Shown piece by piece: positions 39,358-53,568 of a stretch of 64,000 nt of DNA (position 1 is the stretch's first letter; each line of letters begins with the position of its first letter). A program made the translations under genes and the position numbers. The notes below the pieces were generated by a model. The model ran no database searches. It had not been told where the DNA came from and worked only from the letters and a program-made list of their open reading frames with translations. Origin of the DNA: Octopus sinensis (Eukaryota); NCBI RefSeq assembly GCF_006345805.1, contig NC_043023.1, forward strand, positions 10,540,001-10,604,000. The letters run 5' to 3'.

Positions 39358-42300
39358 ATCATCATCATCATCATCCTTTAACGTCCGTTCTCCTTGCTAG
39401 CATGGGTTGGACGGTTCGACCGGGGATCTGGGAAGCCAGAAGGCTGCACCAGGCTCCAGTCTTAACTGGCAATGTTTCTACAGCTGGATGCCCTTCCTAA
39501 CGCCAACCACTCCGTGAGTGTAGTGGGTGCTTTTTACGCGCCACCTGCACAGGTGCCAGGCGAAGCTGGCAACGGCCATGGTCGGATTGGTGTATTTTAT
39601 GTGCCACCGGCACGGGGGCCAGTCGAGGCAGCGCTGGCATCGGCCACGAGTCGGATAGTGCTTTTTACGTACCACCAGACCAGGGATCCTGGCTGGTTCA
39701 ATTCGATTTCGATTTCGCTTTCTCTTGCCCCAACATGTCTTTGCAAGCAAAGGGGGTTGGCATGGGTGCCTGTCATCGGATGAGGTTCTATATCGACTTC
39801 GCTTGCCTCAACAGGTCTTTGTGTCCAAGGGAGGAAAGGCATTCATAAGTGGGCTGGGCTCACTTGTCCTGCCTGGTCTTCTCACGTACAGCATATTTCC
39901 AAAGGTCTCGGTCGCTGGTCATTTCCTCAGTTAGGCCTAAAGTTCGAAGGTCGTGCTTCACCACCTCGTCCCAGGTTTTCCTGGGTCTACCTCTTCCACG
40001 GGTTCCCTCAATTGCTAGGGATTGGCACTTTCTCACACACCTATCTTCATCCATTCTCGCCACATGACCATACCAGCGCAATCGTCTCTCTTGCATACCA
40101 CAACTGATGCTTCTTAGGTACAACATTTCTCTCAAGGTACTAACGCTCTGTCGAGTATGTACACTGACATTACACATCCATCAAAGCATACTGGGTTTAT
40201 TCCTCACGAGCTTACGCATGTCCTCAGCAGTCACGGCCCATGTTTCACTGCCATGTAGCATGGCTGTTTGTACACATGCATCATACAGTCTGCCTTTTAA
40301 TCTGAGCGAGAGGCCTTTAGTCACCAGCAGAGGTAAGAGCTCCCAAACTTTGCCCAGGCTATTCTTATTCTAGAAGTTACACTTTCAGCGCACCCACCCC
40401 CACTACTGACTTGGTCACCTAGATAACGGAAGCTATCAACTACTTCTAGTTTTTTCCCCTGGAAAGTGACGGAAGTTGTTTTCTGCAGATTTTCGGAGGT
40501 TTATGCTCCCGAGCATCTGCCACATACAAAAACTATCTTCCCAGTTAGCCTACCTTTGACATTGCTGCACCTCTTATGTGTCCATAGCTTACACTGGGTA
40601 CATCTTATAGAGTTTCTACCTACACCTTTTCTGCAGATCGAGCAGGGCCGTCTTCCTGAAGACATTTGTGGATTGTCTACCTTCCTACTTATTAGTACTT
40701 TGGTTTTAGCTAGGTTGACTCTAAGGCCCCTCGATTCTAAACCCTCCTTCCACACCTGGAACTTCTCCTCCAGTTCTGATAGTGACTCAGCAATTAGAGC
40801 AAGGTCGTCAGCGTAGAGGAGCTCCCAGGGGCAACCTGTCTTGAATTCCTCCGTAATTGCCTGGAGGACTATGATAAAAAGGAGGGGGGCTGAGTACTGA
40901 ACCCTGGTGGACCCCAACCTCTACTCTGAATTCTTCTGTGTACATGTTGCCAACCCTAACCTTACAGCATCTCTGTACATGTCTTGCACAGCCCTCACCA
41001 GCCATTCATCTATCCTTAGTTTCCTCATTGACCACCAGATAAGGGATCGGGGGACCCTATCAAAAGCTTTCTCCATGTCAATGAAAGCCAGGTACAGGGG
41101 CTTATCTTTGGCTAGGTATTTCTCCTGCAGCTGCCTTACCAGGAATATAGCATCAGTGGTCCTTTTCCCTGGCACGAACCCAAACTGCATCTCATCTAAA
41201 CTAACTCTCTCTTTAATTAGTTGGGCAATGACCCTCTCCGTAACCTTCATTACCTGATCCAACAGCTTGATACCTCTGTAATTATTTGTATCTAGGGCAT
41301 CACCTTTACCTTTGTAGCAGTTGACTAGTATGCTGCTACACCAGTCATTGGGTATGACTCCTTCGTGTATCACCTGGGTGACTAGGTTATAGCCGACACT
41401 GCCAGATATTTTGAGCATCTCTGCAGTAATTCCTGATGGGCCTGGGGCTTTCCCTGTCTTCATGCTTCTAATTGCTTTAACTACCAAAGAATTTTCAACT
41501 CGGATGGCTGGTCCCTCTGTTGGGTTGACATTCGGCAGACTCTCTTTATCCCATTCATTTTCTTTATTCAGCAACCTTTCATAGTGGCATCTCCAAACCT
41601 CTCTTTTTGCATCCTCATTTAGCGCAAGTGAACCATCATCCATGCGAACACACTTCTCTCCTACCACATCACGATTCTCTCTCACACACTGTCTTGCAAC
41701 ACGAAATACCTCAAGTCTTTCATCCTCATGGCTCAGAACATTGGCAAATTTTTTCTTATCTGCTTCCCCTCTGGCTAAATAAACCTGTCTCCTAGCTTCC
41801 CTTCTGGCTGTCTGATACAATTCCCTGCTACCACCGTTCTTCCAGTCCTTCCAAGCCTGTCTCTTTTGTCTGATAGCCCTGTCAACCACAGTGTTCCACC
41901 ACCATGTTACTCTGGGTCGAGATGGTACTTTGCTCCATCCACAGATCTGGTCAGTGGCTGTCAGCAGATTGTCCCGTAGAAATCTCCAGTTGCCTTCCAC
42001 ATTAAGTGAAGCTATATCCCCTTCTATTTTGTCAAAGGCTTCGAGTAGTATGTCTCTAAATCTCTGTCCATTTGCAGGATCTTTAAGCTTCCAGACCCTT
42101 CTCCTCCAAGCTGGTCTTCTTCTGGGCAACCATTTAGATCTGATCCTGAAGTCGCTAACTACTAATCTATGTTGAGGAGTACATTCTTCGCCTGGAAAGG
42201 TTTTGGCATTTATAAGCAGCCCTCTTTCCCTTTTTCTGGCAAGGATGTAGTCAATCTGGCTAGTGTGTCTGCCAGAACGGTAGGTGACTAGGTGAGAGGT

Positions 42301-43448
42301 GGGTTTCCTGAAGTTGGTATTGCAGACCATAAGGCCATTTGCATCGCAGAACTCCAGCAGCCTGGTTCCCTCCTCATTACGAGAGCCAAAACCGTAGCCT
42401 CCATGAACGCCATGGAAGCCCCCGACATGCCGTCCAACATGTCCATTGAAATCACCTGCCACGAAGAGAAGGTCACTGTCATTTGTCAACGAGGTAGTCC
42501 GCAATAGGGTGTCATAGAATTGGTCTTTTTGTCCTTCCGATAACCCTGGTTGAGGGGCATATGCCGAGATGATGGTAGCTGACCTATGGTGAAGCACTAA
42601 TCTAATCTTAAGTACTCTATCACTTACTCTGACTACCTCGATTACCTTATCTACCCATTTCTCCGCAAGAAGTATACCCACACCCCCGACCCCGTCAGTG
42701 TTCCCTGCCCAGAAAATCTTGTACCTGTGTTCCTTGCCTGTGAGGAGCCTAGCGGAGCCTCCTCTCCACCTTACTTCCTGGATGCAGCATAAATCCACAC
42801 GTCTCCGTTCAAGCAGCTCAACAATCTCTCCAGACCTAACTTTCAATGTGCTAACATTGAGTGTGCCAACTCTGAGGGTGTGGGAGGTGTGGGTCTCTGA
42901 GACCCTTGGATGAGGGACAGCGGTGTCATGTACCTGAAAAGAAAGCTTGCATTTGGCAGATTTCATACTGAGACACTAGACTACAACCTGCATACATTTC
43001 ACAGTTTTTGCGCTATATGATCACAATAAACCCTACATAGGGGTGCGGGGGGGGAGTCAAGAAAGGTAGAAAGGTAGAAACTTCCGGTTCTGGTGGAGGG
43101 GTGGGAGGGCGGGGTCACCTCGAAGGAACAACAAGGTTTAAGATAATTCGTAGGGGAATTTCTGCAACAGAAAATTACTGAACATCTAGAAACTTCGGAA
43201 ATCGAGTAAACATAATATAAATAAGAGAGAGAGAGAATATTTTGTAAGGAATTCTGGGGAATGAAATAATAACGGGATGACCCTGAAATTAAAGGAGGAA
43301 TTGAAAATGCATGATCTTAAGACAGACAGGAAGCCATGTTTACAAGAAGGCGAAATAGATAATAGAGAAATGGGATTAGGGTTACGAATCAACGCTTAAA
43401 AATTTGAATATGAATGACAGGTTGAAAGTTAAGATCGCTTAGCTGGTC

Positions 43449-43449
<1 letters not shown>
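39358..43449 (-). mobile_element. Near full-length RTE-clade LINE (APE endonuclease + RT), frameshifted
   Basis: 681-aa ORF 40921..42966 with APE motifs (GTLNV, CCIQEVRW, SAYAPQ, GDFNGHVG, QIDYIL) and RT motifs (YRGIKLL, QFGF, KAFDRV). RT continues in other frames (LLYADDL; RRLRWYGHV). (CAT)n tail at 39358. 5' boundary approximate. Confidence 0.92.
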
Positions 43450-43489
<40 letters not shown>

Positions 43490-44249
43490 GTGTGCATTAT
43501 GTGGTCAGTCGGTTGAGCTGAAAATATGCACACCTATGTTAAAAGTGCTGGCAAGTTTGCATGACAACTATTTTTTTCCTCAAATGAAAGGCGTGACCTC
43601 TAGGACAAAATTCCTCATCTTATAAAATGTGGCCCCAGTACACCCGAATGAAATCAGGTTATATTAACCAAAATGTGAAAAGGGGTCTAAATGGGGCTGG
43701 AAGGGGATTAAAATTTAAAGGAGCGGGTGTTTAGCAATTCTCTGTTACATCAACCTAAAAAATTTGCACCAGCCTTTTAATCGTCAATGTGTTGCCGTCC
43801 ACGATGAAGAAGTTTTGAATGCTTGCCATGGTGAGTCTACTGTCATGAGAAAGAATCACTTCAAAAATTGGTGTTTACCAATTTTCTTTTACATCAAGTT
43901 CAAAATTTTACGCCAGCCGTTAAAATGTCAATATGTTGCTGTCTGTCGTTTAGAAATGTTAGCCATGGTGACTCTACTATCCTCAGATTCTATCCCTTCA
44001 AACTTTGGTTTCCCATATTTTATTATTTTTATTCTGCTCGCAAGTTCATCTGTCCCTTTTAAATGTTAGCGTTTTGCTGTCTGCCTTGAAGCAGACCTTT
44101 CCGTTGCCACTGCCTGATATTTATGATTGATCTTTCTAAATATTTTATTTCTCAACTTACTCAAGATCTTTTGTTGTTTATAAATGGGAGAGAGATAGAT
44201 AGAGAGTAAGAGAAAGCGAGGGAGAGTCCGAAAGAAACAAAGAGGGAGA

Positions 44250-44554
44250 ATCATCATCATCGTTTAATGTCCATTTTCCATGCTAGCACAGGTTGGACAG
44301 TTTGTTCGAGGTCTAGGAAGCCTGGAGGCTGCACCAGGCTCCAGCCTGATCTGGCAGTGTTTCTACTGGTGGATGACCTTCCTAACGCCAACCACTCTGT
44401 GAGTGTAGTGAGTGCTTTTTACGTGCCGCCGGCACAGGTGCTAGGGGGGCTCGCAGCGGCAACGACCGGTTGGTGCTTTTTACGTGCCAACGGCACAGAA
44501 GCTAATCAAGTCGGCGCTGCACTGCGACACGTTCGGATGGTGCTTTTTACGTGC
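44250..44554 (-). mobile_element. RTE 3'-tail fragment
   Basis: (CAT)n followed by sequence homologous to 23266-23600. Confidence 0.75.
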
Positions 44555-45280
44555 TGAAAGGAAGCAACAGAAAGTAACAAATATATATATGAAGCTATTA
44601 TGTTACTTCTCATATATATTTGAAGGTGCATAGCTCAATCGTGAGTTCAATTCCCGTCATCTTCATCACATTGAACAATGTTAAAGGTTAAAGGGTCAAA
44701 GCGAAATGCAGCCACATTTTATCTACAAGACTACTTTAAAACGTTTTCCAATGGCTGAATGACGAAACGTATTAATCTGGTTTCTGTCCTAAATATTCTG
44801 GTAAAGTAAGGATGCATCTTGTACACCAGCAAATACTCAGTGAAGTGCAAGTAAATCAGTTGACCAAAAGATTGACTCCTCGTTGTGACACGACGGAGAT
44901 CCACCACCGTTATAAGCCTATGAAGCCATCTAAAGATCGAATGCTTCTTTTTCCCGTAATTAGGCTCATGCCCTTGCTTATCTCCCTTTACTCACTAATT
45001 TTCCTTATCGTCTTTCAATGAATTAATACCAACACAAATTTCTCTCAGATCTAATCCCTTCCTCTAATCAATGCTGGAATTTTTTTAGTAACAATCTTCC
45101 TCTGAATATTATATGGAGCTGTATTCTTTTCATTTTCGTTTTCTACGCACTTTTTGTAGGTACTACTAGCGAAAAGTGGTCCCGGTGCGCTCACAGCAAA
45201 CGTTCGCATTTTCTAAAGGTGACTTATTACTAATTGGTCATTCATTCGTGGAAGTTGTTCTTGATATAATAGTTTCTTAA

Positions 45281-45470
45281 GGCGGTGAGCTGGCAAAATA
45301 CCTAGCCGTATTTCGTCTGTCTTAACGTTCTGAGTTCAAATTCCGCCGAGATAGATTTTGCTTTTATCCTTTCGAGGTCGATAAATTAAGTACCAGCTGC
45401 GTACTGTGGTCGATCTAATCGACTGCCCCTCTCACCCCAAATTTCTGGCCTTGTGCCTAGAGTAGAAAAG
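45281..45470 (+). mobile_element. tRNA-derived SINE (Z-type unit)
   Basis: Paralogue of 13774-13964. Confidence 0.75.
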
Positions 45471-46704
45471 GATATAATTGTTACCTCAGTTACCTGCTAG
45501 AAGCAAAGTTGTTATTAATAGACTTAATATTGGGGGTGTGGGGGAGATTAGTATCAACCTCTCTTTTCGATGGATCTTTATTTTGATTCCGAAGCAATGA
45601 AAGGTAAAATTGACATCGGCAGGATTTGATCTCAAAACGTAAAAAACCACAAGAAATACTGCATGGTGTAAATAGTTGCTGTTAATTTTGTTACGATGCT
45701 AAGATTTCGTTTCGGTATTTCAAGCAAACCATTACATGTTTTATATATTCCCCGTTTACGCAAATTTTGTAACGGTTCTTTTTAGGGTCAGATATTCTTT
45801 GATCTCGTCTAAACTTATCGACTTTTCTCGATGAATTTCTACTTTTGTATCAAAACTTTTGGGGGGAAAGACTATACGGAGGATAAGGAGTGATATTAAA
45901 TGGTGAGTAAAGTAATAATTTCATTTTGTTTTTATATTAGACTGATGAAATGAGTTCCAGGCCTAAAAAACAAATAAGTTCTGGGGTCGATCCAGTCTCA
46001 CTACTGATTCTTCAAGGCGATGCCCCAGCATGATGGCAGTCTAATGACAGAAATAAGTAAAAGATAGTAATAATAAGAAGCAGAATTATAATTATATATA
46101 TATACATACACACAGTTGCAAAATGCCCTTCCTCCCCGTCCAAGGACGGTGATGAGTTGTCAAACATTTAAACCAAATTTTCTCAAGGCAACTTGTCCGA
46201 CCGCTCCATAGGCCTCCCCTTTGAGAAACACTGATTTAACCTAAATTAGGGACACCAGCAAAAGAAGAAATAAAGATAGACTTTTTTTCTATTCCAAAGA
46301 AAAACGATTTTATTCACAAAAATATGCAACCGAAGAGTTTAAAGTACCAGTAATTATAAGGCTGTTGACTGGGAGAACACAAACATGGTTTAAACAGTTC
46401 TTTTCATTAAAAAATAATTAAGCATGCCAAAATTAAAAACAACTTTTGGTTTTGTTAAACAAAGTTAAGGCAAAATAAAAAACTTCTTGAGAAACGAAAT
46501 AGTCTTTCCTTCCTTCATGCCAAGTTTGAAGAAAATATCTCTTTTGCATCTTACTTTTTTGGTCTCTTAAATATACTGCATTTTGTGACATTATTTCAAG
46601 CCAGCCAGCACAAACTGCATGTGCATTTTTCTTGCGTACGTGTAGTATCGATCACAACAGATGATGTACTTGCGCATATAAAAGCACGTTCCCATCGCTT
46701 TATC

Positions 46705-48474
46705 GGTTAATATAGGGCGTAACAAATATCAGAAAATAAAAAAAAAATGTGTGTAATAGGTGTAAAACAACTTCCTATGAACGAATATGAAAAAAAAAAA
46801 AGCGCTCTCGCGAAAGAGGGGTGGGGGAGAGGCCTCGGAATATTTATATCGGGAATTTCCGAAAGCGTCTGAACCGGGCACAAAAACAAAAACAAAAACA
46901 GCGTAATAGGTGTAAAACAACTTGCTCTAAACGACTATCATGAAAAAAATGCGCGCTCGCGAAAGGGGGGTGGGGGAGAGGCTTCGGAAATTTCACATCT
47001 TCAGTCCACGGCCTTTAAACTAAGAAAAAATAGTGTAATTGGTGTAAAACTACTTGTTCTAAACGAGTATCAAGAACACACACTCACACATGAATCATAA
47101 ACTCCGTATTTCGCAAAAAAAAAAAATAAAGAAGAAATTCTGGAAAAAGTGAAGAAATGTTGGATCTCCGCCATGTGAATCAAAATACGTGTCAGAAACA
47201 TCTTGAAATACTACAGAAATTATGTTACGAAAATGATAATGTATACATACCTCTTTGAGTGGTCCATCGATAATGATGATAAAGAAATGAGTTGGATTTG
47301 AACTCAGAATATTGACTAACACAACTACATACTACAAGACTCAAAATATTCAGCCAAGTCACCACCCTTTAACTAGCAATAATAATAACATCAATAACAT
47401 AACAGCCAAAAGATTTATTTGTTCTGAAAATAACAATCATAGTAAATAAATATGTTCTTTAATATTCACATTCATGTGCACAGTTAAACACACTTACATA
47501 CAAACAGTCACGCATGCATAATACAGAACGGAACACATAAATGAAGGATGCATTACTTAGTATATATTACATCTAGAGAATTTTGATTAATAAGTCAAAT
47601 ATGCAAATTATAAAGATAATTAATTGCTTTACTAAACAGTGTTGTAAAGGTGAAAAAATAAATTTGGGAAAAAAATACACGCCAAAACTAATTAATAAAG
47701 GATAATTAGGGAAGGATTGACACAAAATAATAATTTTTTCTGTCTCTTTTTTCTGATAAATGCATCTTAATAAGTGAGAAGAATTGCATATATCTGAACT
47801 ATTTCAAAGAAAAGCATAAATTTAATGTTTAAAATAGCTTTAACCAAGGAATGAGATCCAACATTTCTTCACTTTTTCCAGAATTTCTTCTCTTTATTTT
47901 TTTTTTTTGCGAAATACGGAGTTTATGATTCATGTGTGAGTGTGTGTTCTTGATACTCGTTTAGAACAAGTAGTTTTACACCAATTACACTATTTTTTCT
48001 TAGTTTAAAGGCCGTGGACTGAAGATGTGAAATTTCCGAAGCCTCTCCCCCACCCACCTTTCGCGAGCGCGCATTTTTTTCATGATAGTCGTTTAGAGCA
48101 AGTTGTTTTACACCTATTACGCTGTTTTTGTTTTTGTTTTTGTGCCCGGTTCAGACGCTTTCGGAAATTCCCGATATAAATATTCCGAGGCCTCTCCCCC
48201 ACCCCTCTTTCGCGAGAGCGCATTTTTTTTTGTCATATTCGTTTAGAGCAAGTTGTTTTACACATATTACACTATTTTTTTTTGGTTTTGGTGCCCGGGT
48301 CAGCTCCTCAGACGCTTTCGGAACTTCCCGATGTGAATTTTCCGAGGCCTCTCCCCCACCCCCCTTTCGCGTGCGCGAATTTTTTTTTTCATATTCGTTC
48401 ATAGGAAGTTGTTTTACACCTATTACACACATTTTTTTTTGATTTTCTGATATTTGTTACGCCCTATATTAACC
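46705..48474. mobile_element. Non-autonomous foldback DNA transposon, long subrepeat-containing TIRs, 8-bp TSD (Merlin-like)
   Basis: GGTTAATATAGGGCG...CGCCCTATATTAACC; TSD GCTTTATC at 46697-704 and 48475-82; single GCTTTATC at the empty paralogous site 15183-90; arms ~46705-47168 and ~47854-48474. Confidence 0.85.
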
Positions 48475-48637
48475 GCTTTATCGATCGCATTCTCACCTGG
48501 AAGCGATTTTTGTAATATTTTCAAGACTTATACACGTCCTGATACCTTCGGCATCTACATATAAAATTTGGCTGCAATCAGATTGAGGATGCCCGAGATC
48601 CTAGAAGACACACAGACAGAACAGATTTTATATTATA

Positions 48638-49032
48638 CTAGCAGTATCGCCCGGCGTTGCTCGGGTTTGTAAGGGAAATAATTATATAAGCATTTTTAGA
48701 GATGTAAAGTATAATAGCCATCTCAATATGGCTAACCACAAAGGGGGAGGGGTGTTACTGTAGCTTTTTACGTTCTGAGATTTAATAATAAATTTTAGAG
48801 AGTTACTTCCCTTATATATGTCAAAAATGGATGAAAAATGGGAAAAATTGATGGTAAATTTTTTTTTAAATCGTCGACTCATCGTAGACGCGCGCTAATA
48901 CCCAGACGGTCTCGATATGAATCACGACTATAAGATACCCGGTTTTGGTTAAACTGCACCGCAAAATGTGGGAGTAGTTAGGAATCTAAATCGTAGGAGA
49001 CAGACACACAACCTCACTTTTATATATAAAGA
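48638..49032 (-). mobile_element. Non-autonomous Helitron, second family
   Basis: Minus strand A|TC...cccgagcaacgccggg...CTAG|T; absent at the paralogous site near 15340. Confidence 0.8.
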
Positions 49033-49198
49033 TTTCCTCTATTTACATAATATTGAGGTCTCTTTCTTTCTTTTGTTATCTTACTGTTTTTACCAATATA
49101 CATATATATATAAATATATATATAGTTACAGAGATGTACTTGCATAGCAACTGACTTGATCTGAGATAGTGTGCTGGAACGAAAACAGTTGCAGCGTT

Positions 49199-49437
49199 GA
49201 AGGTGTTTATAAGCCATTTAAGAAACACACAAAAACCGTTAGATTCACTTCAACATTTAAATTTAATTTGTCAAAATATTTTCATCGCTTTGAGACCGTG
49301 ACCTGTTAGCACGATATTTTTGTCAGTGAATAGGTCGCGGTCTCAAAGCGACGAAAATATTTTGGCAAATTAAATTTAAATGTTGAAGTGAATGTAACGG
49401 TTTTTGTGTGTTTCTTAAATGGCTTAGAAACACCTTC
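49199..49437. repeat. 109-bp inverted repeat with 21-bp spacer
   Basis: Arms 49199-49307 and 49329-49437, about 6 mismatches by manual alignment. Confidence 0.9.
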
Positions 49438-49749
49438 CAGGCTGCAATATATATATACACACATATATATATGTATGTATGTATGTATGTGTGTATATGT
49501 GTATGCATGTATGTGTGTGTGTGTGCGTGTCTGTGCTTGTGATTGTCCTCCACCACTGCTTGACAACGAATGTTGGTTTGTTTACAATGCTTACAAAAAT
49601 AAAACTGGAGTTGATTCATTAAACTACAATTCTTCAAGGCATTGCCCCAGCATGGCCACAGACCAATGGCTGGAAAAAGCAGAAGAATAAAAGAATACAT
49701 TCTCTGCTTTGGTCTTATGTTCAAGGCATGAGAAAGCTTGAGTTTACAT

Positions 49750-50235
49750 GAGAAGGCCTAACAGACCTGGTAGAAACAGCAGCCAAATCTCCCTCAAATC
49801 ACACCTTACTGTCTTATGTATGTATATATATGAGCCAATGAGGGGGACCTCTACATGGTAGCTAGACCTGGTAGAAATAGCAGCCAAATTTCCCCCAAAT
49901 CACACCTTACTGTCTTATCTATGTATATATGTATGTATGAGCCTATGAGGGAGACCCCTACATGGCAGCTAGACCTGGTAGAAATAGCAGCCAAATTTCC
50001 CCCAAATCACACCTTACTGTCTTATCTATGTATATATGTATGTATGAGCCTATGAGGGAGACCCCTACATGGCAGCTAGACCTGGTAGAAATAGCAGCCA
50101 AATTTCCCCCAAATCACACCTTACTGTCTTATCTATGTATATATGTATGTATGAGCCTATGAGGGAGACCCCTACATGGCAGCTAGACATGGTAGAAATA
50201 GCAGCCAAATCTCCCTCAAATCACACCATACTGTC
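49750..50235 (+). repeat. 107-bp tandem repeat, about 4.5 copies
   Basis: Repeated ORF starts at 49855, 49962, 50069 and 50176; unit atggcagctagacctggtagaaatagcagcc... Confidence 0.9.
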
Positions 50236-51992
50236 TTATCTTTCTGCTACTTGGATATAGGTGTTATATTCGTCGTAAAAAACTTTCCTGTCACACACTC
50301 ACGCACACACACACACACACACACGCACCCTCACACACACACACACGCGCACACCCACACACACCCACTCACACACACGCACGTTAGCTTACAATTTTAT
50401 TTATATATTTGCGTGTCTATGTGTTGAAAGAGGAAGTGGGAGGCAGAGTGAAAGAATCACTCACTACAGTAAGTCAATTACTTTCATTTTATTCGTTGCC
50501 CACTGTGTGTGTGCGTTTGCGTGTGCTGTAAACCAGACTAAGAAAAGCATTTGACACACACACCAGAATGTGAGTTTTCTGTAAATTTTGCTTAATTGGA
50601 GTTTAAATTTTAAAAACTGGACCTGGCATGACGCGATGCATTGTACTCTTAAAAATGCAAGGTAAATTGTAATTGAAGAAATGCTATATTGTAGATTTGT
50701 ATAACTCCCAAAGGGAGGCAGATAAAATCTGCTTTTATAATAAGAGATATATATATATATGAGAAATTAGAAAAATACCACCTTTTCTCAATTCAAAATG
50801 AACAATTAAATTACACCATCTAGAAAATTACATATAATAGAATTATTAAAATTAAAATAACACTAAAATATCAATGACGTGTCGTTATTCTACCAATTAT
50901 ATATGTTCTTATTATTTTTTTGCAAGTTACTTAATCATGGATATTTTATTGTTATTTTAATTTTAATAATTCTATTATATGTAATTTTCTAGATGGTGTA
51001 ATTTAATTGTTCATTTTGAAATGATAAAATGTGGGTTTTTTCTAATTTTTTAGATATATATATATTATATTGTGAAATTTGATTTAGTATTTCTATTATA
51101 TGTAATTTTTTTCCCTGTGAGTTTGGATTTATATTCCCTCAAATAATTATTATATGTATGTATATATATATATATATATATCATGGTGATCTATGTAAAG
51201 GGCATCTACACTGCTTTGCATAAAAAGCACCCATACATGTACCATGTGAAAAGATCTCAACACAGTCTCTTAAGTGGTTGGCGTTAAGAAGAGTGTCCAG
51301 CTGTAGAAAGCAATCTAAATCAGGCAGGAACTGGGGGCAGCACTCCTGTTTGCCAGCACAGGTCAAACCAACCAACCCAGGGAAGCATGGTAAATGGACA
51401 TTAAATGTAAAAAGCTGTGCCAAAACTGACCTTGCCTGTGATCTTGCCACTTAAAATGTACTCAATACACTCTGTAGTATGGTTGGTGTTAGGAAGAGCA
51501 TCCAGCTGTAAAAGCTGAGCCAAAACAGACACACAAGTCTGGGGCAGTCTCCTGACTGACCACCTCCTACCAAACCATCCAACAGATACTGGTATTGAAG
51601 GCGGACATTAAATGAAGGGGATCAGGAAATGAGAATCCTGGCAGTTTGCTGTGTTTGAAAAGACACATCAAGCTAAGTAAAAGCATGGTTGCCCTTGCAT
51701 ACAAGCTTGTCCCTTGCAACCCCCTCCAGCTGAGCATCCCTAATCCTGCAGGCTCATGGGTGCTGATACCACGTAAAAAGCACCCAGTGGTACTGCGTAA
51801 TATCACCCAGTAAATTCTGTAAGGGGTTTGTGTTACAAAGGGCATCCAGCAATAGAAACTATTTTAAGATAGAGATGGAGCCTGATCTGCCCTTCAGCTG
51901 GTTAGCTCCTTTCAAACCATCCAACCCATGCCAGTGTCTAAAATGGAATTTAAATGATGATGAAGTAATAATTTTAAATTTATATATACACC

Positions 51993-52283
51993 TTATAGTA
52001 TACCATTGCCTTTCTGAGCGAACGATTTGCCACAGATATCACAGTGATATGGCTTCTCACCTGTATGGACGCGTCTGTGCCTTGACAAGCCTTGATTTCG
52101 AGAGAATGATCTACCACAGGTATCACAATGATATGGCTTCTCTCCTATATGAATACGTCGGTGAGTGAGTAGGTTAGTTTTCCGAGAGAATAATTTACCA
52201 CAGGTATCACAATCATATGATGTCTTGCCCTCTTCATTCTCTACATCATCAGATAAATCAATTATTTTAGATAGCCTTCTCAC
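51993..52283 (-). pseudogene. Inverted truncated ZNF fragment upstream of ZNF-F
   Basis: Track ORF, near-identical to 16590-16880. Confidence 0.8.
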
Positions 52284-53568
52284 TGTATTTGGCTATCTGA
52301 TGTCATCTACAGTATGGATATAAATGACCCTGGATTTATTTGAGGAATTCCTTCATGTCAGTAGAGTTTAAAACATGAGAGAAAGAGAAAGAAAATAGAA
52401 TTTCCAAGACTAGTATTCACTATGATTGTTTCAACCCATCGTGCATCTGTGCCTCGCAGGTGAGATTCTGTACGAACAGTTGTGGGGCATCCTTTGATGC
52501 AGACATGTCCCATCAGGTGACTTATCAAATGGTTCCTCGAATTTCAATTTCTGTTTTGCTTATTTCGATTAGAATTCATTTTGGTATTTGGGACATGTCA
52601 AGCTTCTTTCAGTTTCCATCAAACATGTCTTTGATTGGCCACTCTGGGACTGAACCCAGGACCATGTGGTTGGGAAGCCAACTTCTTACCACACAACCAT
52701 CCCTGCACTTCTACAGCCATGTCTATATAAAAATGTAGTAAAACTTTCACTGCTTTAATCTCTCTAATTCCTAATTATCTTGTATGTTTTACACTGTTGT
52801 TTCTCTTTCGTTTCAGATTATCAGATGACATCTGCTTCACAGGATTTTTACATAAGCAACGTCATTAGAATGGAAAGTCTTTTGAAGACTGAGCAAAGAT
52901 GTTATACAAAACACGTATAACCCTGTTTCTATGAATATTTATTGAATTACTGCAAAATATATCTTCTGAACTCTGACATATATGTAGCAAAATTTCTCTT
53001 CTTTATTGTCTGGAATACACAGAAAATTATATTTGCATATTAATTAATCATTTAGCATTTAAACTAGCACAAATATTCTGACCTCTCACACTCACCCTGC
53101 AGTGTCAGTTTAAACATAAACAATCAAATCACTGAAGTCTCAAAGCTATGAGATAATCCATGATTAATTCAAAACAATATGAATAAATAAGCATTACATT
53201 TCACAAAGGAATCTCAATGCTAAACGGTTAAACTGGCCATATTTTTGTGTGTTTTATATTCATACTAGCCAGATCCCACCCCTCACACCCACCCTACAAG
53301 GCCATTCTAAAAATAAACAATCACAACATTGAAATCTGAACATGATAACATAATGAATGATTAATTCAGAAGAATTTCAATAAACATTCTATTTGACTGA
53401 TTAATCTGAATGTTAATGAGTTAAAGCAATTAAGAAGGCAGTTTGCAGCATCTTCAGATATTAACAAAGAACACTTTTGATGGAGATATATCAGTAGAAA
53501 TATTTGTTCAGAGCAATATACGAGAAGAAGGAAAACCTTTGTGAACTGTGACAAGAGAAAGGAACATT

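Noticed and set aside
40921-42966. Active autonomous LINE or domesticated RT gene
   Set aside because: The RT domain is broken by frameshifts before the YADD motif and further downstream.
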